Origin: Pelagomonas calceolata
Taxonomy: Eukaryota
Direction of reading: 5' to 3'
Length of the DNA: 64,000 nucleotides
NCBI GenBank assembly: GCA_918797485.1
Contig: CAKKNE010000003.1
Location: 4,340,001-4,404,000, forward strand
This document shows, one piece after another, positions 9,434 through 20,800 of this stretch (within the stretch, counting starts at the first letter, position 1; the number at the start of each line of letters is the position of its first letter). The notes under the pieces are model-generated. The model was given only the letters and a program-made list of their open reading frames with translations. It did no database searches and was not told the DNA's origin. The position numbers and the translations under genes are program-made.

Positions 9434-12400
9434 TCACAATTTACCAGCCCATGCGCGCTTCTGCTTCCAGCCGATGACCTTGAGCTCGCCGGGCTTGACC
9501 AGGCCTGTGAGCCACATCATCCGCCGCTGCATCCACTTGCCCAGCGCGGCGACGCGCGTCGCCCGCGTCGCCTCGTGGCCGCAGTGGCCGCCGCGCTGCG
9601 TCCGCGTGAGGAAGAAGCGCTTGATCAAGTGGTTCACGCTCTCGAAGCCCTGGTTCGAGTAGCGGTACAAGTTCCGGTACTTTCGCAAATGCCGATGTGG
9701 CCCTTGCCGATCATGTGGAAGTAGTTCGCAGGGCCTTCGCCGTGAAAGCCGTCAGTAGCCGATGGTAGGTCTCCTGGGCGAGGTCGTCGGCTTTGGCAAT
9801 CTCGACGTCCGTGAGATCTTCTCGTTTTCGATATAGCACCATCAATTCCTCGTAGCCGCGGACGAGGTCGAGGACGACCCGCCGCTTGGCGTCGTCCGGG
9901 AAGCACGCGCCGATGAGCCGTGCCGACGTTAGCCATCTTCCGGGCGCGGCCGCAATTCCGGATCTTCTCGACGGAATCTTCGTCCTTGGAGAGCGGCGCC
10001 GTCCACTTGCCCTCGCGGCCGTTCGGGCAGCCGAAGCCTTCGTTCTAATCGCCCTCCAGCGGCCGCAGCTTCGCCAGGGCCACGCTCTTCTCGTAGATCA
10101 CAAATAAATTGTTGAGGATGAGCCGCAACAGCTTCTCGCGCGTCCGGTTTTCTAAATGCAAGGACGACGGGACCATATGCTCGACCAGGGAGATGAGCGC
10201 ATCAGAATTTGGCGTGGCGTGTTCTAATTGCGCTTGAAGTTCGTAATATTGGTCAACCAATTTCAGGCGCTGCGTCAGCTTTCGACGCGCGAACCGAGGT
10301 TGCCCGTCACCGCCAGGCCGAAATCAACAAGACAATCGTTCACGACCAGCGAAAATTGCGCGTTTTTGTGCTGGGGTCGCAGTTCGACAGTCGAACTTTG
10401 CGTAAAACCCGTTTTGGTTGGGGTTTTCCAATTCCAAGCAATGCTGACCGCAATAAGCAGCGAAGCGCGCGTGCAAGTGGGCCGAGGTGCCGCCCGCATC
10501 GAGCCCAGCCTCCGCGGCGAGCTCGCGCAGCTGCGCCGCACTTAAAGTCTTGGCCTCGCGCATGTAGCGGTAGGCTGGGGCAGCTCCCTCTGAGCTCCGT
10601 GAGCGCAGCGGCAGCCGTAGCGCGCCACTCGTCTACGGCAGCCGGCGTCGACATCTCCGCGTGGTAGCACACTAACCGACCCGCTGCTCTGCAGACGTCG
10701 CAAAGGTCGTCAACTACCTTGGGCGTCGTCATCTGCCTGTTGGTCTGCGGCGCAACAATAACACGGCCGCGCGTTCTCCGGCGTCCCAGTCGCGAAGCCC
10801 TTCTTCGACACCGTCTGGAGGTTGGCCATGTCGCCCGAGCAGACGTAATCAACGTGAACGGCGCGGCCCTCTGCCTCTGACTGGTAGACACCATCGGTTT
10901 GCGCCGTCGCCGCTGTACTGAAGTGATCCGTCCGTCGTCTAAAGCTTCGTACAGGGCATGGCTCTCGTGGCCAACGGCTAACGTAGTAATATGAACCCGA
11001 TCAGGCGACTGGAAGTCGGTGATAGGCTTGCCAGTGATCGGGTCGACGCGCGGCTGTCGTTGACGTGGATCCCTTGCATCGTAAAGTCGTCGCTTTTCGT
11101 GATGTTGCTGCCGTCTTGCGTGCCTCTGATCCTCCGCGGATCCGCGGGACTGCGTCCAGTCTCGCGGCCCGCGCTGGCTTTCCGATGACGTCGAGGACCG
11201 CGCCCGTCGCAATGCCGACCGCCTCGTAAGTGCCGTCGCCCGCGGACGTTTCCGTAACCGAAACCTTGTGGCCATCAGCAACTCTCTCGACCAGCTTGGC
11301 TGTTTCCTGGAGCGCGAACTTCGTGGGGAATAACAGCATCACGTGCTTGCCCAACGTCTCCCCGAGCGCAACGAGAGCCGCCCGCTCTCTGGCCCGCATG
11401 GCCTCGCTCGCAGCGTAGTTCCCCGTCATCTCCACGTCCATGGTCTTCGGAGAGAAAATCTCCTGGAGGCGCCGGTACTCCGCGCACGCAAAGTGAGCTC
11501 GCACGAGGCCAATCTCCCCCCGCCCGCGAGAGTGTTGACACCACGCGTAGTCGGCTAGGAGACGCAGACACTTCTGTTGCTTTCTTTTGAGCGTACCACC
11601 ACAAATTCTACTGAGAAAGTCGCCGACGGCGTGGACCACGGGCCACAACGACTCGCCTTCGAAGTCCGAATCCGGCGGCGGCTCCTCCGGTAAATACGCA
11701 ACACGAGAACCCAGCCAGGCGCCTCGAAGCCGTCGAAGGCCATAAAGCTCGAGGTTGAGCTGGCTTTGTTTCTTTTTCAAATCGGCGACTTCAGTTCTCT
11801 GCGCGTCGAGTTGCCGCTGCAACTCGCGCGTGTTTGTCCGGAACCCCTCCTCCAATCGCCGCCGCTCCTCGTCTAGCCGCGCCGCCGCGCGTCGCTCACA
11901 GTCTATTTTCCATAGTTCTTTCTCTTGTGAAAATTTGGCTCTAAGGCGATCAACGTCGCGCCGTCGTGCCGCTCTCTCCGCGGAGAGCGCGTTCGCCTCG
12001 CGGTCCAGAGAGAAGCATAAGTTGCCGAGTCGGTGGCGCTCCTCGCGCCACTGCGTCCTGTCTGTCGCGTAGCTCGCGTGGGCGCGACGGCCGCGGCGCG
12101 CGCGGCTTCCGCGGTCGCACGCCGCGAGCGCGTCTTCGGCGCGCTGCTCTAGGGCCATTAAATCTCGTCGTGTCACGGGCCGTGGTACTGGCGCGACTTC
12201 GTCGAGGTCGACCACGCCTTCGTCCGGCACGAGCAGCTCAGCATCATCAACCGGATCCACCGCGCGTGACCTTCTCGCCGGGCGTCGTGTACATCCTAGG
12301 CCGCGCGGACGTCGGGCGCTTCTCGCCGGACCGCGCCGTCGTCTTCGACGGCTTGCGCGGCGCTCGGGGCGGCTGCTTCCTCTTGCACTGGAACTTCTCC

Positions 12401-12720
12401 TCTGGTCGCGGGAACGGCGGCTCGACGCCATCGGGGTACTCCTCGAGCGCGCGCGCGCGGTTCTGCACGGCTGGCAAGAAGTAGATGCACCGCGGCTCCT
12501 TATCAATTTCGTACGACTTCCGCCAGTACCGACCCTCGGCATCAAAGGTCACCCTTGTCCTCGCGGTGGGACCGAGCGCCGCGTTGAGCGCGGCGCGCGT
12601 CGCCACGCCGTCCATCTCCATGAGGAGCTCGTCGTCGCTGAGGAAGACGTCCCCCTCCGGCATTGGCAGGGCGTCGAAGATGTGCTGATCGTCCGCCGCG
12701 GGCTTCCACACCCGCGGCAT
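9434..12720 (-). pseudogene. RAG1/Transib-like DDE transposase, multiple frameshifts
   Basis: Reassembled across frames: TQDGSNIT (D1, ~11113), CSGDMANLQ (D2, ~10830), PCYCC, SAP-like LSAAQLRELAAEAGLDAGGTSAHLHARF, VPSSLHLENR, NYFHMIGKGH, YSNQGFESVNHLIKRFF (E, 9641-9643). Confidence 0.8.
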
Positions 12721-13143
12721 CGTGGCAGCACCAACGTTCTCGGGCTGTGAACAAGTTATTAAAACTTGATTAGAGTATGCTGCGCAGCAGCTGCGTGTGG
12801 GCTGCCTCCCCCAATCAAGTTTTAATGCGATGCAGCTGGACCGAGATCGCAGCGCTTTTAGCAGCGCCGCTGGGCGCTCAGCTACCCCCTGGTTTTCCTA
12901 CAAGTTACTGCAATACATAATGTAACTAGGGGGGCTTGGTATCCTACCAGTAGGCCGTAGTGATGTACTCGTCGCGGCCGGCGCGAGCAAATCGCGCCCC
13001 AAATCGCTGCCAAGACAGCCTGTCGCACGCGTGGTGCATCACCTGACACCCAAGCGCAGAAACGTGGCAACCGCACGCGGTTTCACAGCCCCCGCGCGCG
13101 CGCACGCGCTGAGCTCCTGCTTTGGCTTCCAAGCTGCGTCGCG

Positions 13144-14220
13144 ATGGGCCGCCAGCCTTTATTATTGCGCCGCCATAGAGCGAGCCGTAGACTGGATCTC
13201 GCCAAGCGCGACGGAAACGAGGACGACGTCCTAGGCCGCGAGACGCACGCCGCCATCGAGCGGGCGCGCGATGATGGTGATTTACTACGCCAGAGCACGG
13301 CCGTCTCGAACATGGGCTCCTTAATGGGTGCCCTGGCGGCGGAGCGCGACGACATCGCCGCGGGCGTGCCGACGGGCGGCACGCTCGACGCCGAGGCCTA
13401 CGTGTTGGTCGCGCAGCGGCAGGGCGCGTGCGCGATCGCGGTGCAGGACGCGACGGTCGCCGTCGACGAGGCGCGGGCGGCGTACGAGCAGCACATCCTC
13501 GCGAACCCGACGCGGTACGCCCAAAAATATGGGCCGCCCAAGATGATCACCGGCGACGAGCGCCTGACACTGCGCGCCCAGGGCGCCGCCAGGCAGGCGA
13601 GGTACAAGGAGCAGGGCCCCGTCCGCGTCGAGGACACGAACGAGCACATGGAGCTCCTCGGCAAGATGCAGGCCAAGCACCTCGCCGACGGCCGAAAGAG
13701 GGAGAGCCTCGCGCGACAGGGCATTGATAGCGCCACGCTCCTGCCCGATGTCGTGCCCGTGCATCGAGTAGACCTCGGTCAGTTGTTTAGGGTGGACTAC
13801 AGCGTGGAGGCTCCGCCGGACGAGGAACGCACGCTGTGGCCGACGCAGGAGGAAGCCCACGACCAAGCGACGCGGTGGCGCGAAATCTTGGGTCGGCCGC
13901 GACACGCGGTGCGGGCGGCTAAAGCGGCGCGCGGCGGTGTGCTGAATGTCCAAGTCCATAGTAACGACGACGACCTGTTCTGTGTTCAATATAAAAACAA
14001 GTACAGGGGCAAGTCACGCTACGTGCGCGAGCCGGGCACTGGCGGGAGCTATTATTATGATTGGGACGCCGCGTTACAGTTGAAGGCGGACTACGAGAAG
14101 TCGAACAAAGACGCCTCGTGGTTCGTGTCCGCAGCGGAAGTGAGGGCGGTGGGAAAGGCGAACCAAGAGGCGGGCCGCGCGAAGGGTCGCGCGTCTCAGA
14201 AGAGGAAGAGGGAGACTTAG
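13144..14220 (+). CDS. Hypothetical basic protein (358 aa)
   Basis: Long ORF with coding-like composition and a KRKR C-terminus; no family recognised; start uncertain. Confidence 0.5.
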   Translation: MGRQPLLLRRHRASRRLDLAKRDGNEDDVLGRETHAAIERARDDGDLLRQSTAVSNMGSLMGALAAERDDIAAGVPTGGTLDAEAYVLVAQRQGACAIAVQDATVAVDEARAAYEQHILANPTRYAQKYGPPKMITGDERLTLRAQGAARQARYKEQGPVRVEDTNEHMELLGKMQAKHLADGRKRESLARQGIDSATLLPDVVPVHRVDLGQLFRVDYSVEAPPDEERTLWPTQEEAHDQATRWREILGRPRHAVRAAKAARGGVLNVQVHSNDDDLFCVQYKNKYRGKSRYVREPGTGGSYYYDWDAALQLKADYEKSNKDASWFVSAAEVRAVGKANQEAGRAKGRASQKRKRET

Positions 14221-14867
14221 GAGACGCCGCGGCGGCGACGGAGGGCGCGCGCGCGCGCCCGGCTCCCGAGTAATACTGTAGTTGAATAGAGCCTCTCGCC
14301 GCGACCGATCGCCAGCGCGTTACAAGACGAGGCGGTAGGATTCCCCGCGAGGACGGTTGCGAGGACGCCGAGAGAATAACGTATGGGTTTTTTGACATCC
14401 GACTGCGTCGTCTGTAAAAAACCCAATACGTGAGCCAAAAAACCCACCACACACCACCACGAGGCGAACAAACTTTCATCTACGCCAGCTGCCTCCGCCT
14501 GTCGGCTCCGGCCGCCGACGCAGACGAAAGTTTGGCCTGCGGCCGCGGCAACCGCGCGTAATTTAAAATTTTCCAGATTCTCGGATCCTCGGATCATCTC
14601 CCCCTTGTTTCCCAAACTGCCATGAGCCAGAAGAAAGTTTGGCCTGCGGCCGCGGCCCCAGCTAAAAATTTTTATGAAATTTATCTTAAAGGGGGGACAT
14701 CAGCGCGCGAAATTTTAACGGAATCTACGCCACGATTCAACGGGCAAGGCACGCTGGGAAAATGCTTTTTTAGAAAAAGCGTCACCAAAAATTGTAATTC
14801 GGGTTTCTAGTGGCTAGGGCACACGACGTGTAAAATTTAATATTTTTAAAAATGATGAATTGTGAGC

Positions 14868-15884
14868 TCACAGGTTGACCCGCACCTCGGCCACCGTGAC
14901 GCCACCGTACTTCGTGTTGATCCTCAGATCGCCGGCGCCCGTGTCGATGCGTCGCAACTTGAGAGGCCCGGGCTTCCCATCACTACGCCACTTCTTTCCC
15001 GAGCGCAGCATGAGCTGCATGTGCGTGGAACTACGAGTGTTGAGCATATAATCCACATCCTTCTCGAGCGGCGGGTCGAAGATCAGCTCCATGGTCTTCG
15101 CTCGGAAGCCCGTGCCGTTGATGTTGAAGCGCGTCGTACCGGTCATGTAAATAACTTTTTCGCCTCCGTGCATGACGGTCGGCGTCGGGATCACCCTCGC
15201 AATCACGACAGGGGTTTCGAGCTGGTTCATGCTTCCTTTCCGGTCGTCTATGAGTGAGGTTAGGTACAAATAGGTACCCTCATCAGAAGCGAGGGGCCAG
15301 GACTTGCCACTTACAAGGTTGATCGACAGCGCCGTATCCGACAGGACCTGGACCTTGTAGTCCGTCTTGGGCATCGCCGGCACGAACTGGAGGTTCAGGT
15401 GTTCGCCCGTGCCCGCGGCGCCGAAGCCTTTTCCTTTCAATCTTAGCTTTTGGGTGACGGTACTGTAGATAGGGTTCCGCCGGGCCTCAACGTGCACATA
15501 GGGGCCTGCGTAAACAGTGTAAACAGCGTGCTGTTGCGTGGCCAGTCCTTGGGACGCAACCTTCCTCGTTGAGAGGATTTCGAGCGCCGGCGCGTCCGTT
15601 CCTGGCGGGGAAATAGCGTGCTGTTGCGTGGCCAGTCCTTGGGACGCAACCTTCCTCGTTGAGAGGATTTCGAGCGCCGGCGCGTCCGTTCCTGGCGGGG
15701 AAATAGCGTGCTGTTGCGCGGCCAGTCCTTGCACCGCAGCCAACGTTCTTAGTTGAACCGCAGCGTTTAGGACTAAGAACACGATCAACACTACGAGCAC
15801 ACTGAAGCGAATTTCCATCAGGTGGCGCGCTTGCTGCGTGTGCTGCGCTTGTCCTTGCCCCAAACTTACTAGCACTAAGGACAT
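14868..15884 (-). CDS. Membrane-anchored/secreted beta-rich repeat protein (IPT/TIG-like) carried inside the TIR element
   Basis: Hydrophobic N-terminal segment, 30-aa tandem repeat, two related modules (IYSTVTQKLRLKGKGF / IYMTGTTRFNINGTGF ... GKSW / GKKW). Confidence 0.6.
   Translation of the reverse strand: MSLVLVSLGQGQAQHTQQARHLMEIRFSVLVVLIVFLVLNAAVQLRTLAAVQGLAAQQHAISPPGTDAPALEILSTRKVASQGLATQQHAISPPGTDAPALEILSTRKVASQGLATQQHAVYTVYAGPYVHVEARRNPIYSTVTQKLRLKGKGFGAAGTGEHLNLQFVPAMPKTDYKVQVLSDTALSINLVSGKSWPLASDEGTYLYLTSLIDDRKGSMNQLETPVVIARVIPTPTVMHGGEKVIYMTGTTRFNINGTGFRAKTMELIFDPPLEKDVDYMLNTRSSTHMQLMLRSGKKWRSDGKPGPLKLRRIDTGAGDLRINTKYGGVTVAEVRVNL
15526..15731. repeat. 90-bp coding tandem repeat, about 2.3 copies
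   Basis: QGLATQQHAISPPGTDAPALEILSTRKVAS repeated almost exactly at DNA level. Confidence 0.9.
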
Positions 15885-16364
15885 ACTAGCCCCCCTATAA
15901 ACTTTACAGGAGGCTGTCTTTTAAGGCTGGTAATCAAGCCTGCCACCGCTGCGCAACGTAGCGCAGGCTCGCAAAGGCCTTCGTACCACTTTCCAAAGAC
16001 ACACGCGCGCGCGCGGTGAAATTTGACCCGAGGCCAAACTTTCGTCTGCGTCGGCGGCCGGAGCCGACAGGCGGAGGCAGCTGGCGTAGATGAAAGTTTG
16101 TTCGCCTCGTGGTGGTGTGTGGTGGGTTTTTTGGCTCACGTATTGGGTTTTTTTACAGACGACGCAGTCGGATGTCAAAAAACCCATACGTTATTCTCTC
16201 CGAGGACGAGCTAGCGTATGTCGCACACTAGGCTCACGGCCGGCTTTGGCAGTAGCTAGTTATACGTAATCCGAGCCAGCTCGCGTCCGCCGCCCCTTGC
16301 AGCGCGCGACCCGATCCAAGTATTGCTCTCGCCGCGCCACCCACCGCACCGACTAGCACACAGA

Positions 16365-16902
16365 ATGGCGGGCATTGCGCGCGGCCGCCTGAGCGAGGAG
16401 CGCAAGGCCTGGCGGCGGGACCACCCCTTCGGCTTCTTCGCGCGGCCGAGTTCGAGCGGCGACGGCGCGACGAACCTGATGAGCTGGGACGCCGGCGTGC
16501 CCGGAAAAAAAGGGACGGACTGGGAGGGCGGCCTTTTCAAAGTGCGGATGGAGTTCTCCGTGGCGCGGCGGCGTCCAGTGGTCGCGCCCCGCCCCGTCGC
16601 GACGCGTCCGGTGGTCCGCGCAGGAGGACTACCCCAGCAAGCCGCCGAAGTGCAAGTTCGTGCCGCCGCTCTTCCACCCGAACGTCTACCCCTCGGGCAC
16701 GATCTGCCTCTCTATATTGAATGAGGAGGAGGGCTGGCGGCCGGCGATCACGATCAAGCAGATGCTCCTGGGCATCCAAGATTTATTAGATACGCCGAAC
16801 CCGAACTCGCCGGCGCAGTCGGAGGCCTACCAGATGTTCGTGCAGGACAAGGCGTCCTACGCGAAGCGCGTGCGCCAGGAGGCGGCGAAGAACCGCGAGT
16901 AG
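16365..16902 (+). CDS. UBC9: SUMO-conjugating enzyme E2, one GT-AG intron 16560-16623
   Basis: [24 protein letters not shown]...[11 protein letters not shown] | [12 protein letters not shown]...[16 protein letters not shown]. Confidence 0.97.
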
Positions 16903-17038
16903 CCGAAGGGGGGCGCCTGTAAAGTTGAATGCCAGTGGGCGCGTTAGATGGCGCTGCGTAGTACCGCACGTGACTCACTGGCAGGCTAGACTACTGTAGT
17001 ACTAGTAGTACCTACGGTACTAGTAGTACTACAAGAGT

Positions 17039-17432
17039 CTAGGTTGGCATTTACCCGAGGGGTCATAACCCCAATCGTGGCCCGGGGTCAGTAACCCGGG
17101 TAATTGCCCGTTACTACGTTAGTATATGGGTTATTAACCCCGGGATCTTATAGAGGGGTACCTAGGGGAGGGGGCCTCACGGGCCACTGGCGCGGGCCTG
17201 GGCCGCGCCGGGCCACATGACTTGGTACTTGCCCTGGCGCACCTGTACGTATCCAAAAGCCCAACGGGCTGCTTGCGCCCATCCGCTCGCCCGGAGGGGT
17301 CTTTCGCTAAACTCACTAAACGGGTTTAGTCGAAAGTCCGTCGGGTTATTGAGCGGGTTATTAACCCCGGATCCCCTCCGAGGGGTAATTATAGGTTAAT
17401 AACGGGTAATTAACAGGTTAATGGCAACCTAG
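17039..17432. mobile_element. hAT-like MITE
   Basis: TIRs CTAGGTTGGCATT / AATGGCAACCTAG; perfect 8-bp TSD ACAAGAGT (17031-17038, 17433-17440); subterminal TAACCCC/GGGTTATTA repeats. Confidence 0.85.
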
Positions 17433-17446
17433 ACAAGAGTACTACA

Positions 17447-17810
17447 AGATAAACAAATAAATGAAGGAAGACCTAAAAAAGGAACAAGCGCCTTCTCCCT
17501 GCTCGTCAGGATGCCCAACCGGAGCTTCGAAATAGCAATAAGGTATCTGTCTACAGTAGTTTTCTCAGTCTCGCGTGGTAAAACTCCCCCCATCAAGAGG
17601 CGGCAATGATCTTCGAGGCTCAATCCGCGCGCGACAGGATGCATCTCATACAACCGCTTAAAGGAGCTCACCACGTTTTTTCTCCAACAATGTGTGTTGA
17701 ATCGTTTCCGACTCGCGGGATTTGCAACAACTTGAAGGGCATTGCGCGTTACGGACACGCTGCATTCGGCAGCTCGAGCTCCGAAGATCGTGGCAACCCA
17801 GGCGGAACTT
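17447..17810 (-). mobile_element. Probable 5'-truncated non-LTR retrotransposon 3' end
   Basis: AT-richer ORF remnant (...VDRYLIAISKLR...) ending in a TTTA-like tail; its 3' end recurs at about 42270-42353 with a (TTTA)n tail. Confidence 0.45.
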
Positions 17811-17847
17811 CGTCTTCAACCGTAGTAGTAGTATACCACACAAAGCA

Positions 17848-20800
17848 TTAGTACTCCGAGTCCCCGCCGGACTCGCCGTCGGAGTCGGGAGTCGCGGCCC
17901 ACGGGCGGCCGTACTTGCGGATCGCGCGGTACTTGCGGATCATGCGCCGCCTGGCGACGAAGTACGGGTCCTCGCAGAAGTTCGCGACGTGGTCCCGCAA
18001 CCGTTCAAAGGCCACGACGGCGCCGCAGCCCGCGTTCGGGCAGGTCGCCGGCCGCAGCCGGCACCGCTCCTTCTCGTGCCGCGCGCGGTCGCGCTTCGGC
18101 AGGCGGGCCCCGCAGCCCAGGCGGCACTCCGTCACGACGTCGCCGCCCGCGTGGCGCGCGGCCAGCGCGTCGCGCTGCGCGACCACGGGGCAGTCCGCCT
18201 CCTCGCCCTCGGCCGGGTAGCGGTGCCGCAGCCGGTCCTTGAAGACCACGAGCTTGCCGCACAGGTCGCAGGGCACCTCCCGGAAGACGCAGTGGTTCCG
18301 CACGTGCGCGCGCATGCCGTGCGTCAGCACCTCCGCGCCGCACCGCTCGCACGGGATCAGCTCCAGCGCGCGGCGCGCCTTCTCCGCGAGCCGCACGAGG
18401 CGCAGCTCGACGGGGCAGACGCCCGCCTCGCGCGACGCCGGCGTCGGCGCGCCGGCGTCGCCGAAGGGCGTCGCCCAGGCGACGCGCTTCTCGGGCTCCG
18501 TCTCGCGCCAGCCGCCCTGGATCCGGGACCGGTACCGCAGCTCGGACCGGTCGAACGCGTACCTGCCCTCGCCCTCCTCGAAGGTCCACCAGCCGACCAT
18601 GCCCTGCTGCAGGCGGTCGGCGGGCGGCAGGCGGTGCATGTACTCGACGAGTTCCTGCGGACTCCGCGCGCCCTTCCAGTACCGCGCCTCCAGCAGCAGC
18701 CCGTGGAAGCCCGCGTCGACCGAGTCGCGGTCGCCGCCGAAGTCGCGCATCGGCAGCTTCAGCTCCAGGTTCTTCACGGCGACGGGCGCGCCCGCCGACG
18801 CGCCGTCCACGAAGAGCTCGAGCCGGGGGCGCGGCTCGTCCCCGGCCGCGCGGCAGACGAACGCGACGTGGAGCCACCTCTCGCGCGGCACGCTCTTGTC
18901 CGAGAGGGGCGTCGTGCGCTTGCCCCTGACGTGGACGCCGGGCACGCCGCGCCACGCGTCCGACGGCTCGGCCCCGGCCTCGGCGGGCGGCACCTCGAGG
19001 CACAGGCGGAAGTCGCGGCCGGCCAGCAGCACGTCCGTGCCCGCCGCCGCGACGTCCTCCCGCAAGATCGTGTCCTTGACGCGCTTCTCGACCGACTCCT
19101 TGCCCGTCGTCACCGCGCGCTTCTTGACGCGCTTCTTCTTGACGGCCCGCTTCTTCTTGGCGCGCAGGTACTTCCGCTTCTCCTTCGCGGTCATGCCCCG
19201 CAGGAGCTCGCGCTCCTCGTCCGAGTCCGTCTCGCTGTCCGCGAGCTGCTCGACGACGACGTCCCACGCGGGCTTCGCGTCGAGCGCCGCGAGCACGGCC
19301 GCGACCGCCGCCCGCAGGTCCTCGCCGGTGGCGCAGGGTTCGCGCGGCACGTCGTCGTCGACCGGCGCCTCCGGGACGGGCGCCGGCGCCGGCGCGCCGG
19401 CGTCGGCCCCCGCGGGCGCGTCGCCGCCGGGCGCGTCGCCGCCGGGCGCCGGCGCCGGCGCGCCGGCGTCGGCCGCCGCGGGCGGCGGCGGCGCGGCCGC
19501 CCGCGACGCCTCCAGGAGCGGCGCGAAGGTCCTTTCCAGGGCCCCGGGCGTCGCGCCCACGTCGGCCACCGCCCGCGCGAGCTTCCGCGCGAGCACCTTC
19601 GCCGTGTAGCGCGCCACGGACGCCTCGACCCTGCGGTCCGTCTCGGCCTCCGTCGCCGCGAGGATGCGGCCCATCAGCTCCTCCTGGTGCGCCTTGACCT
19701 GGTCGTGCGTCATGCCGCCCGCGTCGGGCTGCGCGAAGAACGCGGCCAGCTCCCGCTCGATTTCCTGCGCCTTGCCCTGGGAGGCCAGCACGGCGTCGTC
19801 CAGGCGGCGCCTCAGCGCGTCCGCCCGGAACGCCTTGCGCGCGAGGCCCTCGAGCAGGCCCCCGGGCTGCTCGACCGGCGCGCGGCGGATCCAGAACTCG
19901 GCCGTCCAGGGCGCCTCGAGGTCCGCCTCGTCCACGGCCACGTAGGCCGCCCGCGCGGCGCAGGGCCCGGGCAGCGACAGGCACGACCGCGGCCGCAGCA
20001 GGTGGTCGGCGCACTCGTGCCACGTCGCCGTCAGCGGCCGGACCGTCTCCTTGCAGCCCTGGGTCCAGTTCTTGCAGGGCCGCTCCTGGTTGACGCAGGC
20101 CCGCTCCTGGTGCTCCCTGAGCTTGGCGATCACGACCGCGACGCCGCAGTGCGGGCACTCCATGAGGTGCTCCTGGCGGTAGGTCGCGAGCGACGCGAGC
20201 TGCGCCCGCCGCTCCCGGCGCCGCGCCGCCTTCCCGTCGTCGTGCGACGCGCGCGCCGCCGCGACGGCCGCGTTCGCCAGCAGGCGGTCGAGCGCCCTGG
20301 CGTGCGCGGCCGCGCCGCGCGCCAGCGTCTTGCGCCTGACGGCCTCCTGCTTCCGTTCGTACGCCGCCGCCTCCTGCGCCCGGCGCGCCGCGTGCGCCGC
20401 GTTGAGGCGGTCGCGCTCCTCGCCGTCGCGCGCCAGCCGCAGATCCCGCCGCGAGAGCGAGTTGCGGAACGGCTCGGGCGGCGGCCGCCGGTGGCGCGGC
20501 GCGGGCTTCGCGAGGCGGCGCTTCCACACGTCGCCCTCCCGGAACATGACCACCCGCGGCGCCGGCCGCCGGCGGCCGTCGAGGTCGGGCGCCAGCGACA
20601 CGGGGTACTCCGCGTCCCGGTACTCCTTGGGGACGGGGATGCGGGGGGCGTCCGTGGGGATGGCCTGGTTCGCGCGGTTCACCGCCCGCAGCTCGCGCTT
20701 CGTCCGCCGGAGGGCGGCCTCGACCTGCGCCAGCGACAGCTCGTCGGGCCGCTTCGCGAGGACGTCGACGCCCCGCGCGAGGTAGCTCTGGTGGCCCCGG

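Larger units (their letters stand above)
7698..12962. mobile_element. TIR DNA transposon, RAG1/Transib/Chapaev-like, with two convergent genes
   Basis: TIRs CACTACGGCCGACTAGTGGGAT (7698) and revcomp CACTACGGCCTACTGGTAGGAT (12941-12962), 19/22 identical; no TSD recognisable. Confidence 0.8.
14370..16200. mobile_element. Non-autonomous long-TIR element (Pack-MULE-like)
   Basis: About 170-bp near-perfect inverted repeats (14370-14538; 16031-16200) starting GAGAGAATAACG; flanks CGAGGACGCC / CGAGGACGAG (8/10 putative TSD); no transposase inside. Confidence 0.8.

Noticed and set aside
3400..14300. Endogenous giant virus or Polinton insertion
   Set aside because: No capsid, packaging ATPase or polymerase motifs; explained by two DDE transposons.
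15526..15731. CRISPR-like array
   Set aside because: Contiguous in-frame 90-bp tandem repeat without unique spacers; eukaryotic context.
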